Positions 50,801-64,000 of a stretch of DNA of 64,000 nt are shown here, piece after piece (the first letter of the stretch is position 1; each line of letters opens with the position of its first letter). Made by a program: the position numbers and the translations under genes. A model generated the notes under the pieces. The model worked only from the letters and a program-made list of their open reading frames with translations, made no database searches and was not told the DNA's origin. This DNA comes from Dipteris shenzhenensis (taxonomy: Eukaryota), in NCBI GenBank assembly GCA_047967505.1, contig CM106538.1; one strand, 5' to 3'.

Positions 50801-53800
50801 CTCCCATCGATCAACCGATGGCAAGTGGAGAACTCCCGCAGACACTCTTGCGTGTAAGCATATTGAAGACACATGGCCAAGCTTGAAGGAAGAACCTAGG
50901 AGCTTGAGACTTGGATTGGGTATGGACGCTGTGAACCCAGTTGGTCTCCAAAGCACCTCTTACAGTGTATGGCCAGTGATATTGGTGAATTATAATCTTC
51001 CACCCTCTATGGCTATTAAGAAAGGACATGTTATGTTATCCCTTCTAATTCCAGGGAAACATAAAGTCAAAAATCCTGATGTTTATTTGGAGCCTTTGAT
51101 TGATGAGCTAGAGATACTTTGGAGAGGTATCGATGTGCATGATGCAAGCCTTCCTCGTTATGAGACTTCAACTACAAAGCAGTCTCGATGTGGGTGATGC
51201 ATGACTTCCCAAGCTATGGCGAGTGTTCAGGTAAGCATTGCACTTTTAATTATGAGTAGGCAACTGATGTGGCACCCTAAACCCACCTTCAACTCTTAAT
51301 TGCATCTATTGTTCAGGTCTCACTACATCTGGTTACCATGCATGTCCTGTTTGTGGTCCTTTGCTAGTTGCCTCACGAGCAAACACATTAAATAAGGTCA
51401 TCTATGAGATCACCATCGATTTCTCCCACCTTATCATCCTAGATATGTCGCTCCTTGGAATGAAGTCCCTCCACAATCACTCACTATGGGAGATTGGATG
51501 AGAATTTGTGACAGTTCCATGACTCCTCCACCACTTGGCATGAGCCGGTAAGGGTTTGTAACTATTGTGTGCTATATTGGCTGGAAATAAAGATTGCCCA
51601 CTAACACTTTCTTTTGTTTAGATACTCCATCTTTTATCGTTTACCATATTGGTCTCAATCACTTGCTTGATCCCATGCATATCTTCAAGAATGTGGCGTC
51701 TATCATTTGGGAACATTTGAATGGGACACGAGATTCCGTAGGCATAAGGGAGGATCTACTCACCACAGGGAGGATGCATGAATCTTGGCCACAAGAGAGA
51801 CCAAATGGGCATATTTTTTTACCTCGTGCACCATAAAGGTTATCAAAGCTAGAGATGGTGGCGGTAAAGCGCGCTATCGGATGCATGAGGTGTTTGAAGG
51901 GGTCCTTTACAAAGAGCAAGAAAAGAGGTGTAGAGCAATTATAAGGCTTGAAATCTCATGATTGGAACAAGATGCTCCAAGTAAGTATTCTATGTGCATA
52001 ATATATTTTTCCTTTCAAATTTGTGAGTGAACTAGAAGCAACTAATCAACCATTCCTCATGTGTTTAGTTCATACTACCTACTAGCGTTTCTCACAGTGC
52101 ATCGAAGGACATGAAGGATTGTATTTACAAGATGGGAGAGCTTGTAAGGTACTTTACAGGATACAAAATGTGAATATTATATTTACAAGATGGGCGAGCT
52201 TGTGAAGTACTTTATAGGATGCAAGGTGTTCATATTGCTAATATTGTGTACTTTTTCCTTTCTAGGTATGTGAGCTCAAAGGAAATAGATCCCAGCATGC
52301 TTGAGAATGCTCGAGTTATGTCAGTGGAGGTGGTTTGTTTAGTGGAAGAGACATTTCCACATTCTATTCTCACAAGCCAACTCCATAGTGCATTTGGTGG
52401 ATGAGATTGCTATATGCGGTACTGTACATGCACGATGGTTGTTCTTTCTTGAGCGCTTCATGAAGACCTTGAAGGGTTTCGTGAGACAAAATGCAAGACT
52501 CGAAGGTAGCATGGCCAAGGGTTGGTTGGTACAAGAATCACTTCTGTATATTTTTGAGTTTCTTGTTGATGTGGATAGCTCTCTCCCACGACTATGGAGA
52601 GATGATGAAGACTTAAGGATGACCTCTATTGTGCCTCAAGGGAAAGGACGCAGCAAACTAATAGACACGGAGTTGCTTAATAATATCAACCTCTATTGCA
52701 TGCTTAATAGTGACGTGATGAAAAGATGGGTGACAAGATACGAGGATGCAAAGGTAAGAAGATAAGAAGAAAGGGCCCTCTTTCATACACACTACGGATC
52801 TTGTGTGCCATACCCTCATTATCTAAGAGCACTTCCAAAGGATATTCATGTGGATTGGCTACTTGACGAAATGGAGAGAGCAGAGAGAGACGAGGGGATG
52901 CATATCATAATGGAAGAATGGGAGTATGCTAGGGGATGCATGAGTAAGGTCGGTATATAGAATGTTATGCATAAGTTATGAGCTTTCAATATTTTAGATT
53001 ACTTATTTAATTGATTTTGTCTTGGTGTAGTGTACTATGTTCAATGCTATATGGTGTGAGGGAAAGCATTTTTGAACACAACAGATTGATGATAAGAGAA
53101 ACACACAAGATTGTGGCATCATTGCTAGATTTGAGGGAGCTAATGGAGCCATGGATGATTATTGTGGCACAATCCAAGATTTTATTAAGCTTGATTTTTG
53201 ACGCTTCTTTGTGTATGTTTTGGATGTAAAGTGGTTTAAGGACATGGTGGAAAGAGGCCCTAATGCAACAATCAAACGCCATGCAAGTGGCTTTGTAACT
53301 ATTGACTCCACAAAGTTTTGGCAAAGTAAGAAGAACACACTAGTATTACTACAACAATGTGAACAGGTATTGTATACACATAAAAATGCTCACTTTTAAA
53401 TATTTGATACCTTCGATGCAAGGAAAATAACATGATAGTATTTGTGTTTGAATTAGGTTGTCTATCAACCAATGGTGGATAATAATAGATGGTGGCATGT
53501 CATACCTATTACGCCTACACATTCCAAAGTGATGTATAGTACATTTACTAATATGGAGCATATGGAGGATAATCATGGCCATGGAGGTGGTGATGACTCT
53601 GATACAAGAGAGGAGGATGATCATGAGATAGGAGATACAGATATTGAGGCCATTACCCGTGAGGACGAGCCTACCATTAGTAATGCTGATTTTGATGAGC
53701 ACATGAGTAGCACAAGTAGTAGTGGGTTGAATGTATTTGTAAATCTCAAAACTGGTTTGTATTTTGAAGTAGATCTCATTCAGGATGAGATTGAACCGTA

Positions 53801-54259
53801 GCCCCATCATTGATATTGGCAAAACTATTTTACATATTGTCTCATTCTCCTCACCTCACTTAATTTTTGTATATGTGGCATGGGTTTGCAAAAAAGCATT
53901 GATATTTTTGTTAAAATTACGTGCTTTGGTAATCATGGGCAATGTTTGGAAAGCAATGATGTACATTTATCAAGCTGCCCCAAAATCTCACTTTTTGTAT
54001 TCTCTATTTTGTGTCTAAATCCACGTCTAAATCTGCATCCGATTCATAGTGCAGACGCACTAGTAAACACGCTAATAAGTGTGCTAATAGATGTGCTATT
54101 AGACATGCTATTAAACGCGCTAATAGATACGCTAATAGATGCGTTAATAGACGTGCTATTAGACACACCTATAATTTCTCTATTTGAACAACACCTATAG
54201 ACGTGTCTACTATTTTGCACGTCTATGAAGCGCATCTCTAGTTGCTTTGTGTTGTTGTG
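47867..54259. mobile_element. CACTA family A copy A3, inverted relative to A2, nested in family B TnpD; TnpA-side end deleted
   Basis: Colinear reverse complement of 31789-~38643, with right TIR TAGTTGCTTTGTGTTGTTGTG ending at 54259. Family B TnpD resumes at 54260. Confidence 0.93.
49800..53801 (+). pseudogene. TnpD-like transposase of A3
   Basis: Same motifs as A1 and A2 (LDYKHIHACVNDC, RLGLGMDAVNP, HARWLFFLERFMKTLKGF), with stops and frameshifts. Confidence 0.93.
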
Positions 54260-55275
54260 AATCTGCTGGGATCCTCAAAGTGTCATCGGTGGACCAATGT
54301 GTAGCATGCCACATCATTAGTTGCGCAATGGACATGCATCTGAACATATGCTATATTCTGGGGATGATGGCAAAATGTCTCAAGATCTTCATTGGGATCG
54401 TCTCCCCCAGCAAGTCCTGTCTGTAGCGCTATGCTCCACAGTCCGGGAAATTAACCAAATCAACATACTCATGATGAACCAAAATACAATCATTAGGGCA
54501 AGCATTGATGGTGTTATAATCCATCCCAACCATCGTCAACATCTTCTTTGCTTCGTCTCTGGAATTAGGCCTAGTATTTGGGATATGCAACATCTTCTCG
54601 CACAACGTATTACAATTTGCATATCCAAGAAACCTTGTGAATGAGATACTAATTAATCAAAACAATTAGGAACGATATACTAAGATCAAGGCTCCAAACC
54701 TCATCAAGGCTAAGACACCTATGTCTGGCCATCCATACTTTGCTTGCAAATTCAAGATCGAGAGGCAAGCTCATAGTTTTGACATCCTCGCCCATCATAC
54801 AACATTGTTGATGCCAAATCTCACATCACAATCTCATGCTTAGACATCTCACCCCCATCTCTTGTGGTGCCTCTAAAAAAATAATCCATCGTGTCCACCA
54901 TACCCTCGTCCTCCTCTAGAGGATCATCCTCAAGATCATCTTGATCAAAGTGTGGTGGTGGTGCACATGCTCCCTCGCTACTCTCCTCATTCTGTATAAC
55001 ATAAATAATGCAAGGTTAGTCTATGCAACAAGGACAAGAAATATAAATATCCATGAATCATTCAAATATCATTAGTTTATCGATGATGCACCAGCATGTC
55101 AACTAATATCCCCTTTTGGTGGCACCTCTCCATACATCTGCAAGTGGCGCATTACAATACGGCATTGATGATGAACTCCTTGCCTGCAATGCATGCAAGG
55201 ACAAGCCAATCTCTGACGAAGCCACTTCAAACTCCCAGGAGGTGGCCCCCTATCTAATGAGCTATCACTAATCAT
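54260..55275 (-). pseudogene. Family B TnpD, N-terminal portion
   Basis: LACPCMHCRQG..IVMRHLQMYG (transposase-associated CPC motif) and ILRHFAIIPRI.HMFRC..LMMWHATH. Confidence 0.85.
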
Positions 55276-55503
55276 CCTCTCCACCTGCACACATCCACAA
55301 CCATCCCCCCAAGTCAAGTCAAATACCCAAATCCCCCAAATTCCCTCAAACCCCCTAATCCCCTCTCTTTCCCCAAACACCGTGAGGCCTAAACCCCCCC
55401 AAAAACCCTAAACCCTAAACCCCTAAAACCCCCAAGTTTCATCAATATGGGCATCGGTATATACTAACGACCATACCGATGCTCTGTTTTTATATACCCA
55501 CTT

Positions 55504-55927
55504 TCATACCGATGCCTGTACTGACGGATTCTGGGAACCAAAGACCTGTGATGTTCATCCCATGATGCCATTCAAGTTTTCGTGTATTCTCCTCCCTCGC
55601 TTTTGCTTTTAGCTCCCGATCGCCCACAGCCCTTGCCTCCTCACTCCTGCCTCCTCCCTCCCCCTCCCACCTCTCTATCCTCTCCTACATTGTCCCTTTG
55701 CACCTACAAGATGCCTGTACTTTCATACGGATGCCTGTAATGATGGATTCCAGGAACCAAAAACCTGTGATGTTCATCCCACGATGCCATTCAAGTTTTC
55801 GTGTGTTCTCCTCCCTCGCTTTTGCTTTCAACTCCCGATCGCCCACAACCCTTGCCTCCTCACTCCTACCTCGCTCCCCCTCCCACCTCTCTATCCTCTC
55901 CTACATTGTCCCTCTGCACCTACAAGA
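55504..55927. repeat. ~218-bp tandem duplication upstream of family B TnpA-like gene
   Basis: TCATAC(C/G)GATGCCTGTA...TGCACCTACAAGA occurs twice, followed by donor AAG|GTAAGA at ~55959. Confidence 0.9.
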
Positions 55928-56579
55928 CTTGCTGCTGCAGCTCCCCCTCCATCTCAAGGTAAGAATTCCTCTCTTCCCATGCTATTTTGAACAATTTGTT
56001 TGGTTTCTTTGTCTTTCTTTCTACCTCTCCTCTTGTTTCCCTTCCTTTCTCTAGAGTTTCTCTCCTCCTTTCCTTTCCTTTTCTTTCTCTAAAGATAGAA
56101 ACAATACATGAAAAACAATCATGAAAGAGAAGAGTATGAAAGCTCTACCTATTGTTTTCATGCTCTCTCCTTGTTTGCAGGCTTCTCTATGTCTCCTCAA
56201 TCTGTACCCTTTGGAATATTGCTTCTCCAAACTCCTTTCACTAATTAGTTTTTGTTAAATGGTATGTTTCCTCTCTTTTATAGGGCAATAAACATGAAAC
56301 ACCTCCTCTTTCAAATAGAATCATCCGGTGCCAGGACATGTCATTTCCAAGTAAGAACATGCTTCATTTCTTTTCCTATTTTTCTTTTCGTGAATGCATT
56401 GGCCTACAGCTAGCACCTTCAATGCTAACTGCAGTGATGGGTGTAGGAACTCTCCTCTCTTTTCTCTCTTTTTCCCATCTCTTTTTCTCTCTTTATCTCC
56501 TCTTTTCTCTTGCTCCCCTCTCTTTCTCTCCTTTTCTCCTCTCTTTTCCCTCCCTCTTTTATTCCCTCTCCTACACCCC

Positions 56580-57925
56580 TTGGGGTAGATCAGGGACATA
56601 GATCAGGGATAGCGACGGCTTTACCTACTCAATAGTCATCCCCTATAGCCCCTTTCAAGGGGTCATCACCTAGGCATACCCATCACAGGTCCAAAAATAG
56701 TAGTAAGGGTTGAGGCTGTTGTGGTCGCACGAGGGATGTAGACGAGTTTGCACACTCACATCCCTACAAGTCTCCCCTTCCTCATGAGATGTAATACCAG
56801 TCAAGTCCCTTGCCCTCACCACTCATAGGTGGCAGCAACCCAGAGACCACTTGCTCCCTTACTCCTCGCTCCACCCCTCACTGTAGCTCTGCTACTCCAT
56901 CCACCGCAAATCCTTCGAACTTTGTTTTGCCCAATGACCTATTCTACAGAGTGAACAGTGTTGGGGAGGTTATACAAGATGAGGATGGGAAGGTGGTCAC
57001 AAGATACATGAGGAGGTTGGTGAGCACTTACTTCTTCAATGATATATCCAAACCTTGGAAACAACAGGACAAGAGTGCCAGGGAGGCCTACATAGATGCC
57101 CTCAAGAGACAATTTCCAAATCCTAAAGGGTATGAGTTTGATCAAAATGCCCTACTTACTCGCATGGGGGAGCTCCTTAAGTCTCGTAGATACGAATTAA
57201 GGGAGGTTGTTAAGGAGGGTAGGCACAAGCCAGGATGGGCGGACCCAAAGGATTAGAAGAGAGCGAAGAGGAATTACAAGGAGAATCCAAATGCGTTTGA
57301 GCCTCAACGGAGGGCGGCAAGGATATGCCTGGAGACTGTAGGTCCTTCGCACCTCGAGAGCAGTGGCAGCTTTGGCAACGAGGCATGGGTGGTAAGTATG
57401 TATTTATCTTCTACTAAATTTCTAATATGTTCAATCGTTCAAATGCTCTTCAAATGTCTTGTCACTCATATCTAACTAATTGAATTTGGATCCACAAGAA
57501 TCTCTGATTGGAAGGTCTTCAGACAATGAGGAGTATAGAAGGGCGTTCAACCTTGCAGCCAAGGCATGGTTTAAGGAGAAGGAGAGAGGAGGATTCCACA
57601 TTGATTGGGAAAGGGTGGCAACGCTTCATTGAGTATATCATACTCCTCTTTGTTATCGTTTGACTATCACCATTGTCTTATAATCTACGCTCTTAGTTTT
57701 TCTAACTTGTTTCATTCTTAAGGAGGTATGTTCGACCCATCCGGAGATCTGGACAGAGAGATGGGATTCTAAAGAAGATGCGGTTAGGCTAGCAAAGGAG
57801 GGTGAGGGATTGTGTGCACACAGAGAGACCAAGGGCAAGGAGGATGAGGAGGGCGCATGCAGAGAGACCAAGGGTGAGGAGGGCGAGGAGGACAAGGAGG
57901 GCGGGGACGATGAGGAGCAATAGTA
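56580..57925 (+). pseudogene. TnpA/Ptta-like accessory gene of family B
   Basis: LFYRVN..KPWKQQDK..QFPNPKG..LLKSRRYELR..KPGWADPKD*..RRAAR..GPSHLESSG, then a GTAAGT donor and an acidic tail. The start is approximate. Confidence 0.65.
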
Positions 57926-60288
57926 GGATAGGACATTTAGTCATCCAGTATTTCAGCACTTCTGCCGTTTTGCAGTCGATTACCTTAGCAACCTCTCAGC
58001 GGATTTGCCTTTTTGGAGTTAGCACTTTTGCCATTTTGTAGTGCATTAGCGCATTACTTCAACGGATTTGCCATTTTGTAGCACATTGCTTTGGCACATT
58101 TGCCATTAGTTTGTAGACCTTCTTTGCAAATTTCTAATGTACACCTCCACATTTGTAACATTTAACCGTGATTTTAATGAAAATATATATATGTGGGGTG
58201 GGATGGGACTGAAACAAGCCCCATCCTACTCAACTTTTTTTTAGCTTCTATAAGAACGTCGGTATATATAGATATGTGTACCGACACTGCAGTTTTGGTA
58301 TCTACCAATGATGCCTACACTAACACCCATACTAACATTGTCAGGCATATTTTATTGACGGTGATACCGACTCCTACACCGATGGTTCCTTTGTCACATC
58401 CACACCGACGGACTTTCCGACACTTTCCACTTGTTTTAAAAAAATTCTTCGCATTTAGCGTTGGTATCGGTGTCAAAAAGTGGCCCATGTCTTGTAGTGT
58501 GGGTTAGTATTTATAGCTTTAGATTTGATAATTTCTCTTAAACAATTAACGTAAATTTTTCATATAAGCTCCAAATTTAGCAATTTGCACAAGTCATCTG
58601 GATGCATCTATAAGGTTAGATTTTTCAAATTCTATGTTATGAAAAAATGTATATGAAGGTTAAGTATACTAAAACCTGTTGAAGCCTAGATAATAGCATG
58701 GGTTAATATTTGTAACTCTATATTGGGGAATTTTTAAACCCAATGACCTATCCATTCCTCTTTTCCCCTGCAAATCAAAATACCTCTCTAAGACTTCATA
58801 AGTTTTAGATAACAAGCTCATATAAAGACACTTTCAAAATATTTTTTGCATTCCACCCTTGAATCCATATTCAAAAAATGTGTGTTTATTAGAACTCCAT
58901 CTTGTCCATGTTACTTTCTACACAACACAAAATTACTTGCTTTTATAAGATTTGATGCATTGACAGGTCATACCAATCCACACTACTTTCGTTTTTCTTT
59001 TTAAGATGAATAGCACCATCATGTTGGGCACATAAAAAGGGGAACTTTTCCTTTTTATTGTGTCTTGATCCAAGATTATATGTGAGATATGTAGTGGATA
59101 TGTGTGGCATTATGGCATGCTATGGGATTTCATGGGGTTGATAATGGTATTTCCAGTTGATTTCTTCATAGAGATCAATTGTCTTGGCATTGAAGTCGTC
59201 TTATTATTCGAGTGTATTATTGCATTTTGCTATGTACAAGGGAAAAATCTACCTTTTTTGTTATGTGGAGAACAAGCCTTGTTTTCTTTGGAAAGAAAAG
59301 AAATGAAAGAAAAATTAAAGGGAAAAACTATGCTAGCACCATAATCTCTCCTTAGCTTCTCCCATTGGCTAGCTCAAACCACCACTAGCCCCCTCCAATC
59401 CCCTCCCACCACTATCACCTCGACTCCCTGCCCCTAAGACTCTATCCCTATAGAGATTCGATTTGTCTTCCCCTTCTTTGTCATCCAACTGTCCATCCTA
59501 CTGCATTCTCAATGTACCAAAGGCCATTTTTGGCATCATGCTAGTCCTTGTTGACTTCCTTGGTGGACTAAATTCTTTTAAGGCTCCTAGTTGTGGGTTT
59601 CTTGTGTTCTTTTGATATTCAAGAGTTCAAAGCTTTTTTAGGCAGTTCATAGTTTTTCACTAGGTATTTCTTAGCTTTGTTGGTCATTTCTTTTAAGCTC
59701 AAGAATTTATTAGATTGTGTAAGCTTAGCATGCTCTGTATATTTTGCTCTTTTTTCTTTGATTTTGTCTACGCTTTGCAAACTCGGATTGCTTGTTTTCT
59801 ATTTTCTTTATGGAGTAGAACCTTTGAATGATCAGACACAAGACTGATATTCCCATGTTTTTATGGGTTTCATGTGCCATCACAACAAATATTTATCCAA
59901 AATAAATGTTTTGGGAAGGTCTCAGAAAATTGAAGGGTACTGAGACTCTTCCTTGACTAGACCACAATCAGCCACCGTGCACATGTGTGCAAGATCAATC
60001 GATTGGTTTTGCATTAAGTTGGCCAAACAATATTCGAGCTTTACAATTTTGCATAAATTAGAGTGGAGGCAAGTAGATACATACCTAACTTGCAATGAGA
60101 ACTAGAGCCACCAGCCAGGTAATCCATCAGTCCAAATGGATTTAAGGCCATCTCAATATTTAAGCATCAATCAACCATCGTCCGAAAACGCTTTCGCAAA
60201 TTACAGTGTGTAGGTTAACTTTTTTTCAAAAAAGCTTTGTAGGTTAAATTAGAAAGGCAACAAACATAGAATGCTAGAATGAGGTGAT

Positions 60289-60944
60289 TATAGAAATATG
60301 GTGCAGCTGGAGAGATCATTTGACAACAACGATAGTAAAATAACCAAAGAATAGACACAATAGAGCAGAATAAAAGCTTAGATGGCGATCTAGACACGAC
60401 TCTAGATGGAAAAGGACTTGAGGTAGGGGTATTAGCATTCGATCTTGAGGCTTGGGAAGTGGCCTCCTTATATAGCCCTTTGTAGTAGACCGATTCCACC
60501 ACACTGGTGGGCTGGCGATGGCACATGCATATTGACTTAGCACATTGCATGACTAAGTGTGAGGATGGTGGCACAGGTTCGCTTGAATTTTTCCATCGAC
60601 CTAATACCATTGACATCGACAATTTGCGCGTAAGCGAATTCACATGCAAATGCTCACACGTATGCAACTGAGGGCATAACCTGGATCCCATAGCTAGGGG
60701 CATTACCCCTAGACCCCCAGGATTGGGGGCGCATCCCTCGAACTCCCGAGGAGTAAGTTGTTCATTCTACCATCTCCTAACCATCAAACAGTCAACATGA
60801 GACCTCATCTAGTGTCAAAACTAGGATCCTACCAATGTCCAGTGCTCACACCATGGCTTCTCCTCATCATGGGGGCCTTACAAAAGGGCACTATGGAAAA
60901 TTGGTGGTTACATATGAGAGGTGGTCATTGCACATATACCAAGA
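60289..60944 (-). mobile_element. Solo LTR related to 18061-18738
   Basis: TSD GTGAT on both sides. Its reverse complement shares TGTAAGGCCCCCA..GAGGAGAAGCCATG..GTGAGC, a CTATA(T)AA box and the CTGCACCAT end with the 18061 LTR. The terminal TG/CA are mutated. Confidence 0.85.
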
Positions 60945-61457
60945 GTGATTCAGTGTAGCTAGTGCACAAAGCACATATAATCCTTGGGACTACACCAGCT
61001 TGTGAGAAATGAAAAAGGAAATCTCTAAGGGAGAGAAGATTTACAAGGACATTTTTGCCTTTGTAAGTCATGTAAAGACAAGAATGACCAAATTCATTGC
61101 CTGTTGTGAGAGACATGATGTCCAGCTTGTCACCTTGTAGAACTGTGATAAGCCATGTTCCTTGATGCTAATAGATCCTGGTGTAGATGAGAGTTCAATA
61201 ATCTTCTTATGTTCACTACGATACTGAAAATTTTGATTAAACACTGCAATTGGCCAAGCCAACAACCCACATTCAAACTATCCATATAGGGAGGCAATAG
61301 TAGCCATTCCCACTACATGATAGTATATTACAAATACAAAAGAAAGGGAAACAAACATGGGAATTTTATCATGCAAAGGGAATGAAAATTCATGGGTAAT
61401 GGATCACACATAAAGGGTGCATACAAGGATGGAATGAGTGACAATGGAGACATTTAT

Positions 61458-61462
<5 letters not shown>

Positions 61463-61511
<49 letters not shown>

Positions 61512-61600
61512 TTTTTTTTTGGGTAATACACCCACACACACACACACTTTTTTTTTTGGGGTGATACACACACACACATACACGAGACACACCCAAAAAA
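61463..61600. repeat. (CT)n, poly-T and (CA)n microsatellites
   Basis: Read directly from the sequence. Confidence 0.95.
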
Positions 61601-62282
61601 AACTATTATTTCTTCCTATTCCATATTATTTAAAAGAATGAAACTGAGATGGAACACTATGCCCCCCTCTTTTATATATTCTAAAGCATAAACACCTACA
61701 ACACATATATTACCAAATAGTATATGAATATCAATTTTCATTAAAACTCCCTTTCCCTTACATGCAAGTGAGCCTATGGAAATGGCAAATGAATCCCTTG
61801 GGATTTCTATTGATGCCTAGTTTCATGCCATATCTTTGTGCTTTCAAATTTCCATTTTGATTGAAGAGGAAGTATTGAGAATCATGTTTTGATTGCAAAC
61901 AAATTGCTTATTCTTGGACAGCTCTAATAGGTGTTATATCAAATGGTCACGCATGAAGTTTTAAAGTGCTATATAAGCACTCATGTGTGAAGCAACTAGG
62001 TGTTAGTCAACACATCAAACTTTGTGTTGATCATGAACGAATTATGATTACTCTTATGCCTCATCCTAGATGAGACACTATTTGAAAAACTAGATTGTGG
62101 AATTTTGGAAATAAATGCACCCCACTTATTAATTTCATAACAATGCATAAACTATCCTTGCTACAAATATATTTTGTAAGTTTTAAGAATAAAATCACCC
62201 CTCATTTTGAACTCTCATGGTATACTTACATTTCCCAAACTAACCCCCCAATGCTTTGCATGCCTTAGGATGTTTTCCGCAT

Positions 62283-64000
62283 CACAACTAGTGGAGCACC
62301 GATAAAACTTATGTGAAAAAATTTGTCGGTATACACATCGGTATGTAGGTTGGTATAGATGTTAGAATAGATACCTTTTTTAACATAAAAATTTAGGAAC
62401 ATCTACACCAAGTTTACGATCAAAATACTCATATATTCATGATGAACTTAATATATGAATTGACATACCATAAGTACAAAAGTGAAAGGGCCAAGAAATC
62501 CCTCTCCATGGCAAAATGTATAAGTATAAACTTCATAAATGATATTATTTAGATGTTTGGAGTGTCTACCTCCAAACAATCACCGCAAATATGGCAAGCA
62601 TGGTACCCACTTGTTTGAATATGTTCATGCATAAGAAGGTCATTAGGCATGCATATATTACACCACAAAGCATGGTACCCACTTATTTGAAGATGTTCAT
62701 GCATAAAAAGGTCATTAGTCATGCATAGATCACACAACAAAGCATGTGTATTTAATTCTACGTCCAATCCACAAGCACATACCTGTGCATTCTCTATATC
62801 CTATAAAGTCATGTATGGTCCACATAAAAATTCCCCTAACCAAAAGGTCATCAGTATGCCTTGGAGCTCTACAAATATCAAAGAAACCTATTCCTCTCCA
62901 TAGGGTCTAGAGCTTCTCTATCAATGGTGCCATGTATACATCCAAATTCTTTGCCTTGCTCTTCCTTGGCATAAGGAGAGCAAGCACAAGGTGTCCCTTC
63001 TTTATTGCCATCCATTATGGGATGTTGTATTACCAAAACTATGAGCCATGTTCACCAAGACATTGAGCATTACTTCATGCTATCCATCACAAGCCCAAGA
63101 GATAAGTTGCATGCCTCCTTTACAAAGTCTAGCCACATGTTATCTATGTGCTTCCAAATAGCACAATTTGGAGGAATCCTTAAATTAGGATAATCAGTGG
63201 AGCGATGTGTAGCATTCCATGTCATGCACATAAAGTTATGCTATATCCTCATGATGATCAAAAAGTGTCTCAAGACCTTTACTGGGATGGCCTCACCTTG
63301 CAAGTCCTATCTATAATGATGTGTCCCACAATCTAGACAACTAAGCAAATCATCATGCTCATGATGAAAGAGAATAAAATCATTAATACAAGTGACCAAT
63401 AGGTGTCCATATAGTGTTATAATGCATCCCAACAATGCATCCCAACACTTGTCAACATCTTCTTCACTTCATGTCTTGATGCAGCCTATAAGAATGATAC
63501 TTGGTTTAAGAAAAACCTTTGGAGTAACCTCTTGCAATACATATATGCAAGAAATATTAAGAACGAGATATTAATATTTGTTAAAAGAAGATCCGAAGAT
63601 CAATTAATATATATGCACTAACCTCAATATAGCTGAGACACGTGTCTAATCGACCATATGTTGCTTGCAAAACTAGATTAAAAGGCAACCCATAGTTTTG
63701 ACATTGGAGCACCATCTTATAGTGTTGATTGCAACTCCCACATGATGCTCTTGGACTTGGCATCACATGTACATGTGATGTTGTGCATCTAAAAATTGCA
63801 TCCATCATGTCATCCATCTCCTCATCTCAAATATCAAGGAGATTATCCTCATCTCAGACATGAAGAAAACTATCCTCAAGCTCAAAGTGTGATCTATACA
63901 TCTCTCTAGCACTCCTTGAAGCTCACCTAAATCTCTTTGATTGCATGGTCAAGTCACGCATAAGTATGGGAGCATTTGGGAGGCATTTGGTGATGTCTCA
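62283..64000 (-). mobile_element. Third CACTA family, highly degenerate TnpD fragment (continues past window end)
   Basis: SGYHACHICG, KGHLVLALLMP, LGLVMDS and KVLRHF motifs; TCGGTAT subterminal-type motifs at ~62326-62345; a 72-bp duplication at ~62596-62745. Confidence 0.8.

Larger units (their letters stand above)
45197..58499. mobile_element. CACTA/En-Spm element family B (both ends present, with nested family A copy)
   Basis: TIRs CACTACAAGACACGGG..CTTTT and AAAAG..CCCATGTCTTGTAGTG, flanks TAG/TGG (3-bp TSD with one mismatch), and subterminal TCGGTAT/ATACCGA arrays. Confidence 0.9.

Noticed and set aside
58500-62280. Possible host-gene exons around the solo LTR
   Set aside because: There are only isolated splice-like signals and short ORFs with no recognisable protein or consistent frame.

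Overview
This window is heterochromatin-like land-plant DNA made almost entirely of nested, decayed repeats. A fern or other large-genome plant is likely, but that is an inference. No intact host gene is evident. Contents in order: two blocks of a ~182-bp satellite with a ~545-bp three-monomer higher-order unit; a G-rich array built around a perfect 26-bp GC palindrome; several Ty1/Copia and Ty3/Gypsy remnants; two solo LTRs with 5-bp TSDs; and five CACTA/En-Spm pieces from at least three families. One CACTA element is complete (31789-40327, TSD GTA), and a second has both ends (45197-58499) with another copy nested inside it. The most notable pattern is that two CACTA families carry the TnpD transposase and the TnpA/Ptta-like gene head-to-head. 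Their family-specific CG-containing subterminal motifs recur in the central intergenic region, suggesting an autoregulatory or anti-silencing module. Also notable are a TIR MITE with no target-site duplication and a CpG-rich, short-intron orphan coiled-coil gene (41.5-43.6 kb). All protein assignments come from motif recognition by eye; no database searches were run.
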